Positions 63,144-64,000 of a DNA stretch of 64,000 bases are shown here, in pieces. The DNA comes from an uncultured cyanobacterium (lineage in GTDB: Bacteria > Cyanobacteriota > Cyanobacteriia > Cyanobacteriales > CAWCAG01), in contig CAWCAG010000005.1 in the NCBI GenBank assembly GCA_963793425.1, positions 640,001-704,000 on the forward strand, in the 5' to 3' direction. The number at the start of each line of letters is the position of its first letter. Position 1 is the stretch's first letter. The notes under the pieces are model-generated. The model did no database searches. It saw only the letters and a list, made by a program, of their open reading frames with translations, and was not told the origin of the DNA. Both the position numbers and the translations under genes were made by a program.

Positions 63144-63911
63144 TCAAACCTCAGCAATCTTAACCGCCATAATACGCAAACGACGATAATCAGCATACCA
63201 ACTTCCCTCATCATATAAATAGGGTTTACATTTCTGTTCTGTTTCTTGCAAAATCGCCTCCTTTTGTTCCTCTGGTATTCCAGCTAAAAAAGAATCTTCA
63301 GCAAACATTATTAACCAATTTCTTAACCCTTCTTCCCCTTGTAAAAGAGTCGGGCGATTTAATAACAAAGCGAAAGTTAACTCGAAACCATTTTTTTCTA
63401 ACAAAGTTCCATATTCCACAATTCCAGGAAAATACCAAGGATTTTTTCCTGCTGTTTTGTAACCCGCTCCCTTTAGGGTTTCAGAAAGAGCATTGACAAT
63501 TGTTTTAATATTTCCCTTCCCCCCAAATTCAGCTACAAAACGCCCTCCTGGTTGCAAGGCGCGGTTAACTCCTTTAATCACTTCTTCGGCATTCTTCATC
63601 CAATGCAATGCTGCATTAGAAAAGACGGCAGTAAATTCTTGGTTAAAATCTAACTTTTCCCCATCTTTTACCCTCAAATCTAATTGCGGAAAAAGGTGTT
63701 TTCCTTCTTCAATCATTTCTGAGGAATTATCAACACCAATAACCTTTGCCCCTTGGTTAGCAATTTCTTGGGTTAAATGCCCCGTACCACAACCGAGATC
63801 GAGAATTTTCTCTTCTGGTTGAGGGGTAAGCAATTCCTTAATTCCTGCCCCCATTTCTGCCACAAAAAAATGCTTGTCATCATAAAGTTGGGGATTCCAG
63901 TTTTGAGTCAC
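63144..63911 (-). CDS. Class I SAM-dependent methyltransferase (Tam-like)
   Basis: ILDLGCGTG, VFSNAALHW, LQPGGRFVAEFGG, ADYRRLR. Confidence 0.9.
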   Translation of the reverse strand: MTQNWNPQLYDDKHFFVAEMGAGIKELLTPQPEEKILDLGCGTGHLTQEIANQGAKVIGVDNSSEMIEEGKHLFPQLDLRVKDGEKLDFNQEFTAVFSNAALHWMKNAEEVIKGVNRALQPGGRFVAEFGGKGNIKTIVNALSETLKGAGYKTAGKNPWYFPGIVEYGTLLEKNGFELTFALLLNRPTLLQGEEGLRNWLIMFAEDSFLAGIPEEQKEAILQETEQKCKPYLYDEGSWYADYRRLRIMAVKIAEV

Positions 63912-64000
63912 AAAATATCTCCTAAATCAAGAAAAAATCAATTATTATACTGAAATTATCAATTCTTCTCTCTATTATCTATTATCTATTCCCTATCCCT

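Noticed and set aside
766..63822. Many antisense or alternate-frame ORFs in the track (e.g. 3039-3596, 9415-9903, 44795-45307, 51939-52346)
   Set aside because: They overlap well-supported genes and have no motifs: shadow ORFs

Overview
64-kb window of a cyanobacterial chromosome. Evidence: about 30 HIP1 GCGATCGC octamers, heptamer tandem repeats at gene junctions, the carboxysome shell gene ccmP, ho1, desA-desB and the lysA-cdaA-uppS block. Most of it is core genome (infB, dxr, cbiA, secD/secF/pdhB, rimI, clpC, uvrC). No rRNA, tRNA or CRISPR array was found. Accessory or unexplained structure: (1) a 329-bp internally deleted IS701-like element with 13-bp terminal inverted repeats and a 5-bp target duplication; (2) directly after it, a 5'-truncated fused R-M-S restriction-modification gene whose second TRD is broken by five +1 frameshifts; (3) a decayed AT-rich probable toxin-tip/HEAT-immunity pair; (4) a divergent RHH / HTH-fusion / small-protein module with operator-like inverted repeats and a leader hairpin; (5) an XPB-like helicase near a DUF790 (Bax1-like) nuclease; (6) a lone RnfD/NqrB-like gene + DUF2330 + TxlA cluster; (7) several hairpin-rich intergenic regions that may encode sRNAs; (8) small ORFs missing from the supplied track. 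Family assignments come from recognised motifs and recall only; no searches were run.
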